Origin: Planctomycetota bacterium
GTDB lineage: Bacteria > Planctomycetota > Planctomycetia > Planctomycetales > Planctomycetaceae
DNA length: 64,000 nucleotides
Assembly: GCA_963581585.1 (NCBI GenBank)
Contig: CAUZPL010000010.1
Coordinates: 16,607-80,606, forward strand
Direction: 5' to 3'
In this document: positions 1 to 10,307 of the stretch, piece by piece
How positions within the stretch are numbered: the stretch's first letter is position 1
How the letters are laid out: every line of letters begins with the position of its first letter
Notes under the pieces: generated by a model
Database searches by the model: none
What the model was told of the DNA's origin: nothing
What the model saw: only the letters and a program-made list of their open reading frames with translations
Translations under genes and position numbers: made by a program

Positions 1-208
1 TCGATGTAGAAGAAAACAATGTTGGGCCGGTCGGACGAACTTCGTTGTGCTTGTCAACAACGCAACGACCATTAGGTTTTGTCACTCTGCTGCCGTTTTC
101 ACGGCCAGGAAACAACTGCCACCCGGGATTTCCGTTGCGTCACGGCGTTCGCAGTAAGCACCATCACAAATCTGGATTTATCGGCATCGGTGGACTAAAC
201 TTTGCCCT

Positions 209-1594
209 GTGCCCGGTTCGACTACCTCTCACGGAACCTATCCTGTGCTCTCAGTGTTCTCGCGTGGATCAGCTCATCAGAAACTGTGTAACGGTGTCTC
301 CCGTCGAGATGCTTTACACATTGGTTCGCTGGGTATCGCTGGACTATCGCTGCCTCAGCTGCTGAAGGCTGAACAGAATTTCTCTGTCGGCAGTCAGCAC
401 AAGTCGGTGATCATGATTTACCTGTGTGGTGGTCCGCCACACCAGGACATGTACGACATCAAGATCGATGCTCCCAAAGAAATCCGCGGCGAGTTCAGTC
501 CGATCGAGACGAGCGTGCCCGGAATTCAGATCGGCGAGTTGCTGCCCGGAGTAGCCCGCAACATGGACAAGCTCACTGCCATCCGATCCATGGTCGGTGC
601 TCGTGATTCTCATTATTCCTATCAATGCATGACGGGGTATCACAATCGAAATGCGGCCGCCGGTGGATGGCCGCATTTTGGTTCTGTGATCAGCCACTAT
701 CAAGGCCCGACTCGTCCGGGAACACCGCCTTTCGTGAGTCTCTGTTACACAACCAAACATCGCCCGTACAACGAGCCGAGTCCCGGGTTCCTGGGGCTGG
801 GCCATTCTTCGTTCGCACCGAAGGGCCCCGGCCGGGACAATCTGGTCCTGCAGGAAATTAGTCCGGAGCGTCTGGGACAACGACATCAGTTGCTCACCGC
901 ATTTGATCAGTTCCGGCGTGAAACCGATGCGTCCGGAAGAATGGCAGGTATGGACACCTTCACACAGCAGGCGATGGGGATTTTGACGTCACCCGAATTG
1001 TTCAACGCCCTGGACGTTTCCAGGGAGTCCAAACAAACCAGGAACCGTTACGGCGTGTGTGATGAAACGAAACCACGCGGTGATGCAGCTCCCATGTGCC
1101 CACAGAATTTTCTTGTGGCTCGGCGACTCGTTGAAGCGGGTGCGCGAGTCGTCACGGTGAACCACAGTTTCTGGGACTGGCATGGAAATAACTTCGGGCT
1201 GGCACGTCAGGAACTGCCTGTGTTCGACCAGGGGATCAGTGCACTGGTCGAAGATCTTCACGAACGTGGCCTGGACAAAGATGTGACCGTGATTGTGTGG
1301 GGCGAGTTCGGCCGGACTCCGAAAATCAACAAAAATGCCGGTCGCGATCACTGGCCGCGGGTTTGCAGCGCACTACTGGCTGGCGGCAACATGACCATGG
1401 GTCAGGTGATCGGATCAACCGACCGTTTCGGAGGCGAAGCGGATGATCGACCCGTTTCGTTCCAAGAAGTTTTCGCGACGATCTACCACAACCTAGGCAT
1501 TAATCTGGATTCGCAGCGGTTATTCGATTTCCGTGGAATACCGCGTCGTTTCGTGGAATCCGGAGTTCGCCCAATTGCAGAACTGGTGAGCTGA
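209..1594 (+). CDS. DUF1501 domain-containing protein (sulfatase-like, Tat-type signal)
   Basis: 461-aa ORF. It has a twin-arginine-like N-terminus (SRRDALHIGSLGIAGLSL). The body (YLCGGPPHQDMYD, GEFGRTP, GRDHW) is typical of the DUF1501 family common in Planctomycetota. The likely true start is GTG 245 (MLSVFSRG...). Confidence 0.85.
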   Translation: MPGSTTSHGTYPVLSVFSRGSAHQKLCNGVSRRDALHIGSLGIAGLSLPQLLKAEQNFSVGSQHKSVIMIYLCGGPPHQDMYDIKIDAPKEIRGEFSPIETSVPGIQIGELLPGVARNMDKLTAIRSMVGARDSHYSYQCMTGYHNRNAAAGGWPHFGSVISHYQGPTRPGTPPFVSLCYTTKHRPYNEPSPGFLGLGHSSFAPKGPGRDNLVLQEISPERLGQRHQLLTAFDQFRRETDASGRMAGMDTFTQQAMGILTSPELFNALDVSRESKQTRNRYGVCDETKPRGDAAPMCPQNFLVARRLVEAGARVVTVNHSFWDWHGNNFGLARQELPVFDQGISALVEDLHERGLDKDVTVIVWGEFGRTPKINKNAGRDHWPRVCSALLAGGNMTMGQVIGSTDRFGGEADDRPVSFQEVFATIYHNLGINLDSQRLFDFRGIPRRFVESGVRPIAELVS

Positions 1595-1664
1595 CAACGC
1601 CCGTGGATCATGGTCAGCAACAGCGAGCTGCCGGATGGGTCAGCGGGCCTGAGACACATGCAGA

Positions 1665-3353
1665 TCAATAATGATCTGCAAAGCTGGCCGGATTTTCACG
1701 AAACAGCAGCATTGTGATGCGCGAATGGAACAGATACAGCCGGTTGCGATACCACATGGCAAATTCCAGTGACCCGGCACGCTGCTCACCGGAGTTCACC
1801 AAAGCCACAACATCTGCTCCACCTGCAGCCGGAGCATACCGAGTTGGATTGGCATTAAAACGGTCACGTGCTGCCGCTGAACTGAACTGATACGTGTTCA
1901 GCTCAAATCTGGATTCATACGTTGCCGAGGCCTCCACCAGCTCGCGTGACTCGCACAGTTCGACCAGGCAGAATCCCATGAACCCGGACCGATGTCGCCT
2001 TGCCTCGATCTTCTGCCGCCGGGTTTGTGGTAAAGAGACTATGTGAGTCGCAAGAGTGGATTTTGGCGTCACATTTTCACCGAATACTTTCTCTTTTTCC
2101 CACCTCACGTCATGGATTTTTCCAGGCAGCTGCCAACGCTCGTCCTGAGGCCGGTCGACTGAAATCTGATCCAACGCTGTCAGAGGTCGCTTCTGTGCGG
2201 CAGGTATCCGCGGTTTGATGGGGATGGAAATGTCCGGTGGTGATAAACGGGCCTGCCACTGATTGAATTGAGTGGTATTTGGTTGTCGTTGTGGTTTCAC
2301 AAATGTGGTCTGCCGCCTGACAAATGGTTTGGATGGTTCACTCTCTTCGACTATCATCAAATCAAACGTGGTCGGTGCGGCAGTTTCTGCTTCACTAAAC
2401 GGCTGAATACCTTCAGCGACAAAGTTCAGGTCCAATTCATTTCGATCCGTAACAGCATTCGAATATTCAAATGGATTGACGAACTCATCTGCAGCATAGA
2501 TTCGTAAACCGCTGAACGGACTGTGTTCTGGTTCTAACGACAATGATTCTCCGTTTTCAACATACGTTAAGTCAGCCTCAGCCTGGTCCGCCGACCTAGT
2601 TTGGGCCTCGTCCGTGATTTCCGAAATTCCTCGAACAGCATCGAGGTCCAGAATGTTATCACCGTCGGACAGAAATTCGTCATCTTCGAATGGATTCACG
2701 AATTCGATCGGCGGAAGTCCGGAAACTGGCAGAGCTGACGGTTCAACACGTACCGATGCCTTCCACCGCGACACCGGATGAACAGTCTTCACGGACTCCG
2801 TCTGGCGGACTGTTATCTCATCCGTTGGCGGCACTGCGCCGGACTGATTCGTCACGACGGTCGGTGACTGCAGTGGTCGAACCTGCTGAATTGGCCGGTT
2901 GCCGGTGCTATGGCTGATTTTGACCCGGTCAACTTCGCGTGAGTCCTTCAGAATGATTGGTGGTGGTGTCAACGGAATGTTTTCGTCTACAGACTCACTG
3001 CGGCGAAAACGACCAAACATCCTGCTGAACAGACCACTTTTCTTTGCCAAGACAGCTGGTCTGTCTTGGCGTTTTCGAACTCGGTTCATTCTTGGAGTTG
3101 TTGTGTAAGGCAGGTCAGCGGTCCGCAGAGATGGCATTTCCCCGCCGGATTTCTCAAACAACTTTCTGAGTTCACCACTAACGGACTTGCGACCCGATCC
3201 CTGGTTGCGTCGAACCGCCGTGGAAGAACCAGCGGGCTGGACAGCGAACGTATCCATCGCGGCAACAGCCAGAATGGTCACAACGACTGCGCCTCTGACA
3301 GAGATTCGCTGAGATGCAGTGTTTTGGTGAGGCATGCTTGAACTCTCCGTCAT
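1665..3353 (-). CDS. hypothetical secreted protein with repeated EFVNPFE motifs and a conserved C-terminal domain
   Basis: The long ORF 1665..3869 was trimmed to ATG 3353 (alternative ATG 3335), which precedes a signal/anchor segment (RISVRGAVVVTILAVAAMDTFA). The long middle looks disordered and acidic, with EFVNPFE present twice. The C-terminal ~100 aa (GFCLVEL...YQFSS...RYAPAAGGADVV...LYLFHS) looks like a folded domain. Confidence 0.6.
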   Translation of the reverse strand: MTESSSMPHQNTASQRISVRGAVVVTILAVAAMDTFAVQPAGSSTAVRRNQGSGRKSVSGELRKLFEKSGGEMPSLRTADLPYTTTPRMNRVRKRQDRPAVLAKKSGLFSRMFGRFRRSESVDENIPLTPPPIILKDSREVDRVKISHSTGNRPIQQVRPLQSPTVVTNQSGAVPPTDEITVRQTESVKTVHPVSRWKASVRVEPSALPVSGLPPIEFVNPFEDDEFLSDGDNILDLDAVRGISEITDEAQTRSADQAEADLTYVENGESLSLEPEHSPFSGLRIYAADEFVNPFEYSNAVTDRNELDLNFVAEGIQPFSEAETAAPTTFDLMIVEESEPSKPFVRRQTTFVKPQRQPNTTQFNQWQARLSPPDISIPIKPRIPAAQKRPLTALDQISVDRPQDERWQLPGKIHDVRWEKEKVFGENVTPKSTLATHIVSLPQTRRQKIEARRHRSGFMGFCLVELCESRELVEASATYESRFELNTYQFSSAAARDRFNANPTRYAPAAGGADVVALVNSGEQRAGSLEFAMWYRNRLYLFHSRITMLLFRENPASFADHY

Positions 3354-3624
3354 CCTAGAGCTGTTTCGGGGTTGCCCGGCGGATTCGTACCGCAAACAAC
3401 ACCGTCCAGTGCCGCGATAAACAAATCCGGGCCGTTGCTCCGTGTTGCTATCGACAATTCCAATTGGTCGGAAACTCGGGTAAATGAGGGTTTTGCGTGT
3501 GCGTAACATAGAAGATACACAGGATTCGCATAACCCGATTGACCTGCAGACTTGAACCAGGCTGCCTGTTTTTACAGAGTCCACATTTACCACCTGCGAG
3601 GCGCACCGTCGAAAGTGATGATTC

Positions 3625-4671
3625 ATGAACGCAGATAAGACAGTTTCACCAGGAGAACAGGTGACGACGTCAGGCGATACGGTCGTGGTCAAAGTCCAGT
3701 CGGACCGTCCGCACCGCCGCAACAACCTTGGAAGCCTGATCCTGCTGGGGCTGCTGGCGTCATCGGTGATGATGAACCTGCTGCTCATCGCAGGCACGAC
3801 GATGACCGCTTTTCCGACAGGTTCCGTCCGCCAGATCCATCGCGATGGCATCGCTGGAGCCTCGGACAAGCTGGCCGTAGTTCAGGTTTCCGGCACGATC
3901 ATGCCGCCATTTACAGACCAATGGATTGAGCAAATTCGAGCTGCCGTCAAAGACAAAGCAGTCAAGGGTGTCCTGCTGGAAATCGACAGCCCCGGTGGCC
4001 TCGTCGCAGACAGCCATCAGCTGTACCACGAACTGCAGAAACTGCGAGCAGTCAAACCGATCTATGTTTCCATGAAGCGGATGGCCACGTCGGGTGGCTA
4101 CTATATAGCCATGGGCGCAGGACCGGATGCCCAGGTCTTTGCCGAACCGACCACCTGGACCGGATCCATCGGAGTTATCCTGCCGCGATACAATGCTACT
4201 GAACTGGTGTCGAAAATCGGTGTCAAAATGGAATCATTTGTAACCGGACCGCTGAAAGGAAGTCTGAGTCCGTTTCGTGATTTGGGTGAAGACGAAGTCC
4301 GTGTCTGGGAAACAATCATTGCTGATTCCTTCGAGCGATTCATTGGCGTGGTCGCCGACAACCGCAGCAACCTGGACTCCCAGGAAGTAAAAGCTCTGGC
4401 TACCGGGCAGATCTACACCACTAGTCAGGCACTGGAGAATGGACTCATCGATAAATCCGGCTTCGCGGAAGATGCAATCATTTCTCTGGCGAGTTCGTTG
4501 AATCTGAAAGACTATGAAGTTGTCAATTTTGCTTCACCGGCGGGACTGATCAACGTATTGCTGGGAAGCCTGGAACCATCACCAGGTCTGACGGACCAGC
4601 TGATGGAGGCGGGCGTGCCTCGTGCCTTTTATTACTGTTCCTGGAATCCACTGATTCCCGTAAATCCGTAA
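3625..4671 (+). CDS. sppA: signal peptide peptidase SppA (S49 family, 36K type)
   Basis: 348-aa ORF with an N-terminal TM segment and S49 motifs IDSPGG, TSGGYYIAMGA and GSIGV. Confidence 0.85.
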   Translation: MNADKTVSPGEQVTTSGDTVVVKVQSDRPHRRNNLGSLILLGLLASSVMMNLLLIAGTTMTAFPTGSVRQIHRDGIAGASDKLAVVQVSGTIMPPFTDQWIEQIRAAVKDKAVKGVLLEIDSPGGLVADSHQLYHELQKLRAVKPIYVSMKRMATSGGYYIAMGAGPDAQVFAEPTTWTGSIGVILPRYNATELVSKIGVKMESFVTGPLKGSLSPFRDLGEDEVRVWETIIADSFERFIGVVADNRSNLDSQEVKALATGQIYTTSQALENGLIDKSGFAEDAIISLASSLNLKDYEVVNFASPAGLINVLLGSLEPSPGLTDQLMEAGVPRAFYYCSWNPLIPVNP

Positions 4672-4782
4672 AGCCCGACCGTTGCACCTGATGCCGGTTC
4701 CGAGGAGAGTAACCCGCGCCACTGGACTGGATCAAAGAGGGACACGCTGCCCCGGTGCGGACCGCCTCACGTAAAAGGGTCC

Positions 4783-6603
4783 ATGGACGTGACTCAATCG
4801 GCTGAAAAGGAAATTGATGACATCATTGTGGCCGGGCAGTGCAAAGCCCGCCGGCGCAGGCCAATGCTGCCTGTTGTATTGCTGAGCGGCGTATCGTTGT
4901 TGTTGCTTTGGTTGTGCTTCACGCCAATGGAAATCGCTCCGGCTGCCTGGATTGCATTGACACCGTTCTGCGTCCTGTTGCGGTCATCACACCTCACATG
5001 CCGGCAGTACATGGTGATAACATTCTGTGGCTGGGTCTGGAGTGTAATCACTCTGCAGTGGATGAGATTGGGGAACCCCGGAATGTACCTGGCGCTGGTA
5101 GCGCTGAGTTGCTACATGAGTCTGTACTTCCCTGTGTTTATTTTGGCCAGTCGACAGCTGGTCAGGACCGCAGTCCCGCTGTGGCTGGCAGTGCCGGTGG
5201 TATGGACGTCACTGGAGTTACTGCGTGCCCGGTTGATGACTGGCTTTGCGTGGTACTACCTGGGCCATTCGCAGTACCGCTGGATCGAACTGATCCAGAT
5301 TGCGGACATCACAGGTGTCTACGGTATTACGTTTCTCACAGCAATGTCTTCTGCTGTTCTTTCAGAATTCATTCCTGAGTCCGTAGTCAGACAGCCGGGA
5401 TTTGATGTACCACGATTGATGTCCGGACACCAGCGATTCGTGGCAGCCACAACCTGCGCATCACTGGTAGCCGCGTCGGTGGTCTACGGCTGGTACCGAC
5501 AGCAATCGCCGAACATCACGAAAGGTCCTGTGGTGGCGATTGTCCAGGGACATTTTCCTCCTGATATGAAGCATGACCCGAACCGGGCAACGGAGATCGT
5601 CAATACTCACGACTTGCTGACACGCCGGGCGGCTGAACTGCAGCCGGATCTGATCGTTTGGCCGGAAACGATGTGGCCGGTCACACACTGGATCGAAGAC
5701 ACGGAAATAACCGATGAACAGATTTTGGAGTTCATCCGACACAAGCGCTACGCACCACCGGATCAATCTGCGCAGGTACTTGAATTCTTCAGGCAGGGAA
5801 TCAGAACGGAAGAAAATCTGGTCAATCGCAGCCAGGAATGCGGCACGACAATTCTGTTTGGCGTGACAACGCGTACAGCCACGTCTTCCGGCATTCGGGA
5901 ATATAACTCGGCAGCCTTTGTCCGGCCGGATCTGGGATATGTCGGCCGCTACGACAAGATTCATCGCGTGGTTTTCGGCGAATACACGCCGTTAAAGTCA
6001 ATATTCCCGTTTCTGTCTAATCTTAGACCGCCCGGCATGCCTGAACTTGATGCTGGTACGGCTCCCCAGGTTTTTGAAACCGCCGGCGTCCGCTATGCAC
6101 CGGTGATTTGCTTTGAAGACACAGTCCCTCGTGTGGTGCGACACATGATCAATTACGAATCCGATCCGGCAGCTCGTCCCGACGTGCTTGTGAATATGAC
6201 CAACGACGGGTGGTTCCGTGGCTCAAGTGAACTGGACCAGCATTTGATTACCTCCTTATTTCGCTGCGTGGAGACTCGACGACCGATGGCGCGGGCCGTC
6301 AACGGCGGAATTTCTGCATTCATCGATTCAAGTGGCCGTATACGGGATCCCGAGAGCTTTCTGTTGATGACGTCGTCCGCCGGATTTGACGGAGAGTTCA
6401 GAGAAGTCGACGGCATGATCGACCCGACAACCGGCCACTGGCACCGAGAGTGTTCGGGTGTACTGACCGCGCAGCTCCCACTGGACGGCCGCAATACGAT
6501 CTATTTGCAGTATGGAGACTGGTTCGCCATGCTGTGCAGTACACTGGTTCTGGCCCTGCTCATTCGCAGTTTTGTGAAACGCCTGCGTGAAGATCTGGCC
6601 TGA
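4783..6603 (+). CDS. lnt: apolipoprotein N-acyltransferase
   Basis: 606-aa ORF. A multi-TM N-terminal half is followed by a nitrilase-like domain with WPE, CFEDTVP (catalytic Cys) and NMTNDGWF motifs. Confidence 0.85.
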   Translation: MDVTQSAEKEIDDIIVAGQCKARRRRPMLPVVLLSGVSLLLLWLCFTPMEIAPAAWIALTPFCVLLRSSHLTCRQYMVITFCGWVWSVITLQWMRLGNPGMYLALVALSCYMSLYFPVFILASRQLVRTAVPLWLAVPVVWTSLELLRARLMTGFAWYYLGHSQYRWIELIQIADITGVYGITFLTAMSSAVLSEFIPESVVRQPGFDVPRLMSGHQRFVAATTCASLVAASVVYGWYRQQSPNITKGPVVAIVQGHFPPDMKHDPNRATEIVNTHDLLTRRAAELQPDLIVWPETMWPVTHWIEDTEITDEQILEFIRHKRYAPPDQSAQVLEFFRQGIRTEENLVNRSQECGTTILFGVTTRTATSSGIREYNSAAFVRPDLGYVGRYDKIHRVVFGEYTPLKSIFPFLSNLRPPGMPELDAGTAPQVFETAGVRYAPVICFEDTVPRVVRHMINYESDPAARPDVLVNMTNDGWFRGSSELDQHLITSLFRCVETRRPMARAVNGGISAFIDSSGRIRDPESFLLMTSSAGFDGEFREVDGMIDPTTGHWHRECSGVLTAQLPLDGRNTIYLQYGDWFAMLCSTLVLALLIRSFVKRLREDLA

Positions 6604-6727
6604 GATGGACGTAGCTGACTGTCCCAGGCCTTGACGGTATTGTCGTCCTCTGAGGTTCATAGACTGCTGCAGAACCCGCGAATTCCAAGATTGCCCGGCT
6701 GCGTAAATCACAGAAGGACATCAGCCC

Positions 6728-7135
6728 ATGAGAATCTTCTTTCCCATGATCCTGTGTGTGCTGGCAGGCTGTTCAGATAGCCTTGTGTCGACTGACCCGT
6801 CCCGCAACAAACCACTTCGGCCGAAAGTGACGGACGACATAGGGGAATTTAAAGGCGACAAACAGGTCGTGATGCCGGAAGTGAAGATCACAAATCCGGT
6901 CACCGGACCGTTAGAAGCATACAATCCCTTGAAACAGCGAATTGCTGCTCTCAGCCTCGACCATGCCGTCAACATGTTTCACGCTCTTGAAGGTCGGTAT
7001 CCAAAGGACTACGACGAATTCATGCAGCGCGTGATCAAGGAAAACAAAATCCAGCTGCCCGAGCCGGCAAAGGGACTGTGCTACGAATACGATGTTGAGA
7101 ACCACAAGCTGCTGATAGTGAAGGAGGCAAAATAA
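6728..7135 (+). CDS. hypothetical lipoprotein
   Basis: 135-aa ORF beginning MRIFFPMILCVLAGCSD, a lipobox (LAGC) right after a hydrophobic core. No family recognised. Confidence 0.6.
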   Translation: MRIFFPMILCVLAGCSDSLVSTDPSRNKPLRPKVTDDIGEFKGDKQVVMPEVKITNPVTGPLEAYNPLKQRIAALSLDHAVNMFHALEGRYPKDYDEFMQRVIKENKIQLPEPAKGLCYEYDVENHKLLIVKEAK

Positions 7136-7201
7136 GGGATATGTCACCGGTACAACTCAGATGAACTCCCCGCAGAATGAAAAAGTAATCTTGACCTTTT
7201 T

Positions 7202-7230
7202 TTGCGAAACGTGGATATTCGGTTTATAGT
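7202..7230 (+). promoter_or_regulatory. candidate sigma70-like promoter upstream of the DUF2062 gene
   Basis: TTGCGA (7202-7207), a 17-nt spacer, then TATAGT (7225-7230), about 30 nt upstream of ATG 7260. An alternative pair is TTGACC 7191-7196 with GATATT 7214-7219. This is a motif match only. Confidence 0.3.
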
Positions 7231-7259
7231 GCCGGTGGTGTCGCCCAACCTGTCCTGTC

Positions 7260-7919
7260 ATGGAACCTTTCTTCGCCATGTGGCGTCGACTAATCAGCCT
7301 ATGGTTCAGCCCACGAGTTGTGCTGCGTCGAGTTTTGGCACTGGACGATACACCGCATGCTGTCGCGTTGGGGGCAGCAGTCGGAATACTGTTCGGCATG
7401 ACGCCGACCGTGGGACTGCAAACGCTTGAAGTGATCCTGTTTGCCTTGGTGACTCGGCGGCTCTTCTATTTTAATCGAGCGGCCGCTCTGGCACTGATTC
7501 ACGTGTCAAATCCGTTCACCATGGCAGCGATTTATTACGGCCTCTACTGGGCAGGCAGTTGTTTTGTGCCTGGTGACGCCACCTTGCAGCGGTTTCAGCA
7601 GATTCTGACTTTTGAAGGATTTTCAGGCTGGTGGCATGCATTGTCGGAACTGGCGACCGACATTGGTCTGCCGTTGGTCGTTGGTACCATTGTAGTGGCC
7701 CCGGTCTCAGCAACGGCAACCTATCCCCTCACAAGGATTCTGCTAAGGTGGTATCGGGGAGACAATCCGCCGGGGAACGATCAGTCGACCGAGAAACAGT
7801 CATCACATACCGAATTGAGCTCCAGCCCCGATCCCAATATCCTGAAATCGGCTCAGGCGGAAGCTCTGCGCCTCCTGCCATTAGTTGAAGCCCCACAATC
7901 TGCATGCACTGCGGATTGA
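7260..7919 (+). CDS. DUF2062 domain-containing membrane protein
   Basis: 219-aa ORF. The N-terminal RRLISLWFSPRVVLRRVL..DTPHAVALGAAVGILFGMTP and the following TM segments are typical of DUF2062. Confidence 0.75.
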   Translation: MEPFFAMWRRLISLWFSPRVVLRRVLALDDTPHAVALGAAVGILFGMTPTVGLQTLEVILFALVTRRLFYFNRAAALALIHVSNPFTMAAIYYGLYWAGSCFVPGDATLQRFQQILTFEGFSGWWHALSELATDIGLPLVVGTIVVAPVSATATYPLTRILLRWYRGDNPPGNDQSTEKQSSHTELSSSPDPNILKSAQAEALRLLPLVEAPQSACTAD

Positions 7920-8130
7920 ATCACCCGACTGGGATTCAGAGACGGGTTAGCTGGGCGGATCAGCTGACGGGCAGCAGTCACCGATGCGAACATCTGCAAA
8001 GGTAATGGAATCTTATTCCGGCCGGCCTCATCAGTCGTTCGACAGCCGGGACCTCCCGTGGGTAGACTTTCAATGGGTCGTTATGGCAATTGAGCAGTCA
8101 TAAGTCCTTTTATTTCAAAGATTTCCCCTC

Positions 8131-9879
8131 ATGCAGGTCCAAAATGGTATAGCGGTCTCTCCCGGAGTCGCGGTTGGTCCTGCGCTGGTGCTTGGCACCG
8201 AGAACTTCCGCATTCCCCGCAAATACGTCGGCCGGGACGCTGTGGAAGTGGAACTGGCTCGCTTTCACTCTGCGCTGGAACAGGTCTGCACGGAGATCGC
8301 AGGCAATGAGGTGCTGGTGGCCGACAAATTGGGTACACAGTACGCTGCGATTTTTTCGGCACATCTTCAGATGGCTCGAGATCCGCGGATGGTGAGTGAA
8401 GTGGAGTGTCTGATTCGGGAACGTAGCTATTCGCCCGAGTATGCCGTAAGTCGTTTCCTGCGACAGCATGCACAACAGATGCAGGAGCTTGGTAACAAGT
8501 ATCTGGCTGAACGTGCGCTCGACATATTTGACCTTGAGAAACGCCTTCTGGGATGCCTGCTCGGTAAGAGTCGTGAAGAGCTCAACAACCTCACCGCTCC
8601 CGTCATTATTTTGGCTCACGACCTGACCCCCAGCGAGACAGCTCAGCTGAACACCGACTACGTGCTGGGATTCGCCACCGAAGTTGGTGGCCACACCAGT
8701 CATACAGCGATTCTCGCCGGAGCGCTGGAAATACCGGCGGTGGTGGGCTTGGGGAGATGTCTGGCCGGTGTTTCGGGCAGTGAAACCGTCATCCTGGACG
8801 GTGATCATGGTCAGGTGCTGATTGATCCGGATGAACGATCGATCGCCAATTTTCACTCGTCAGAAGCTCACAATCTAAGAGTCCATGAGCGACTGCTGTC
8901 GCTGGAAGTATTGCAGGCCGAGACACCGGATGGCGAGCGGATCCATATTTACGGAAACATTGAGTTCCCCACCGAAGTTGGCCAGTGCATCAAACGCGGT
9001 GCCGAGGGGATTGGCCTTTACCGGACGGAATTTCTGTATCTGGGCGGCGACACGGAACCATCAGAAGATGACCATTATCAGGCCTACTGTCGGGTGCTTG
9101 AGGCGTGTGGTGATCGACCGGTGGTAATTCGCACGATGGACATCGGTGCCGACAAGATTCCACAGCGGCTGAGGGATCGATTTGACGAAGCTCAGAACCC
9201 GATGCTGGGATTGCGAAGCATACGGTTGAGTCTGCAGAGTACTCCGCTGTTTAAGATCCAGCTGAGGGCTATCCTGAGAGCAGCCGTGAAAGGCAACGTG
9301 CAGGTGATGTTCCCCCTGGTAGCAAATCTGCTGGAGTTCCGACAGGCAAAAATGATCCTCATGGACGTGATCGAGGATCTGGAGGACGAAGGAGCTGAAT
9401 TCCGGTCGAATATCCCCGTCGGGATGATGGTGGAAGTCCCGTCTGCTGTGATTCTGGCTGAGGAATTCGCGAGAGAAGTCGACTTCTTCTCGATTGGTAC
9501 CAATGATCTGATCCAGTATACTTTGGCCTGTGACCGTTCGGATCCATCGGTAGCCAATCTTTATCGCGCTGGTGATCCCTCCATCCTGAGACTGATTCGT
9601 ATGGTCCTGCACGCAGCGAAAAAGCATGACCGCACTGTGACTGTTTGTGGACAAATGAGTTCTGACGTGCGTTTTGTGCCGCTGTTGCTGGGACTGGGAC
9701 TGCGGCATCTGAGCGCAACTCCCCATGCGATTCCTCGACTAAAGGAAGTCGTCAGGCACGTATCAATTCCGGATGCTGAAAAAATAGCTGAACACGCTTG
9801 TTCGCTCGATCTCGCCCGGGATGTTGAACATTACTTACTCGGAGAACTGGGCCGGTTGTGTCCGGATCTCGTAGTTTGA
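8131..9879 (+). CDS. ptsI: phosphoenolpyruvate-protein phosphotransferase (PTS enzyme I)
   Basis: 582-aa ORF with the phosphohistidine motif [21 protein letters not shown] and the PEP-utilizer C-terminal motif [12 protein letters not shown]. It has no N-terminal GAF domain, so it is ptsI-like rather than ptsP-like. Confidence 0.9.
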   Translation: MQVQNGIAVSPGVAVGPALVLGTENFRIPRKYVGRDAVEVELARFHSALEQVCTEIAGNEVLVADKLGTQYAAIFSAHLQMARDPRMVSEVECLIRERSYSPEYAVSRFLRQHAQQMQELGNKYLAERALDIFDLEKRLLGCLLGKSREELNNLTAPVIILAHDLTPSETAQLNTDYVLGFATEVGGHTSHTAILAGALEIPAVVGLGRCLAGVSGSETVILDGDHGQVLIDPDERSIANFHSSEAHNLRVHERLLSLEVLQAETPDGERIHIYGNIEFPTEVGQCIKRGAEGIGLYRTEFLYLGGDTEPSEDDHYQAYCRVLEACGDRPVVIRTMDIGADKIPQRLRDRFDEAQNPMLGLRSIRLSLQSTPLFKIQLRAILRAAVKGNVQVMFPLVANLLEFRQAKMILMDVIEDLEDEGAEFRSNIPVGMMVEVPSAVILAEEFAREVDFFSIGTNDLIQYTLACDRSDPSVANLYRAGDPSILRLIRMVLHAAKKHDRTVTVCGQMSSDVRFVPLLLGLGLRHLSATPHAIPRLKEVVRHVSIPDAEKIAEHACSLDLARDVEHYLLGELGRLCPDLVV

Positions 9880-10307
9880 ATTCACAGGCTTCGGAGACAT
9901 GGTGGCTTGTCTTCGACAGACCGAGACACTTTTTTCTTGAATTGAAACAAGAACGAACAACCCGTCACAAGATTTCTGACCAGGACTGATGGCCCGTGAA
10001 GCCGGTTCCGGCTTCCGACGAGTCAATCAGCACAGCCTGCAGAGCCGTCGTATTTGGGCCGCGCTGCACCCCCTTTTCACTCAACAGAAAAATTTTGTTG
10101 CATTCGAACATCCCGTTGCAGATTCCATCGACCGATTGCAGTCATTCGAATAACTATGTCGGATGATCACTGCGAGAATCTGTCGCAGCATCAGCATCGC
10201 CCGGGAACGAGTGTGTCATTGATAGTGTGTTGATGGAACGGTTTGCTGAAATGGCTGGAATCCTTTGACGACGTACGCTGTTCGTTCCCAGGAACGAAAG
10301 CCGTTTG

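Noticed and set aside
1-208. Possible 3' end of a DUF1553/PSD1-type gene, which commonly precedes DUF1501 genes.
   Set aside because: None of the three forward frames gives the characteristic C-terminal sequence. One frame stops at 155-157, but its translation is not family-like. The region is left unannotated.
344-886. Long antisense ORFs opposite well-supported genes. Examples are 344-886(-), 22002-22727(+), 43939-44763(+), 59159-60109(-), 60523-61068(-) and 10641-11159(-).
   Set aside because: Each lies entirely within a gene whose product has clear family motifs on the other strand. Their translations are Arg/Pro/His/Cys-rich, as expected for shadow frames in moderately GC-rich DNA.
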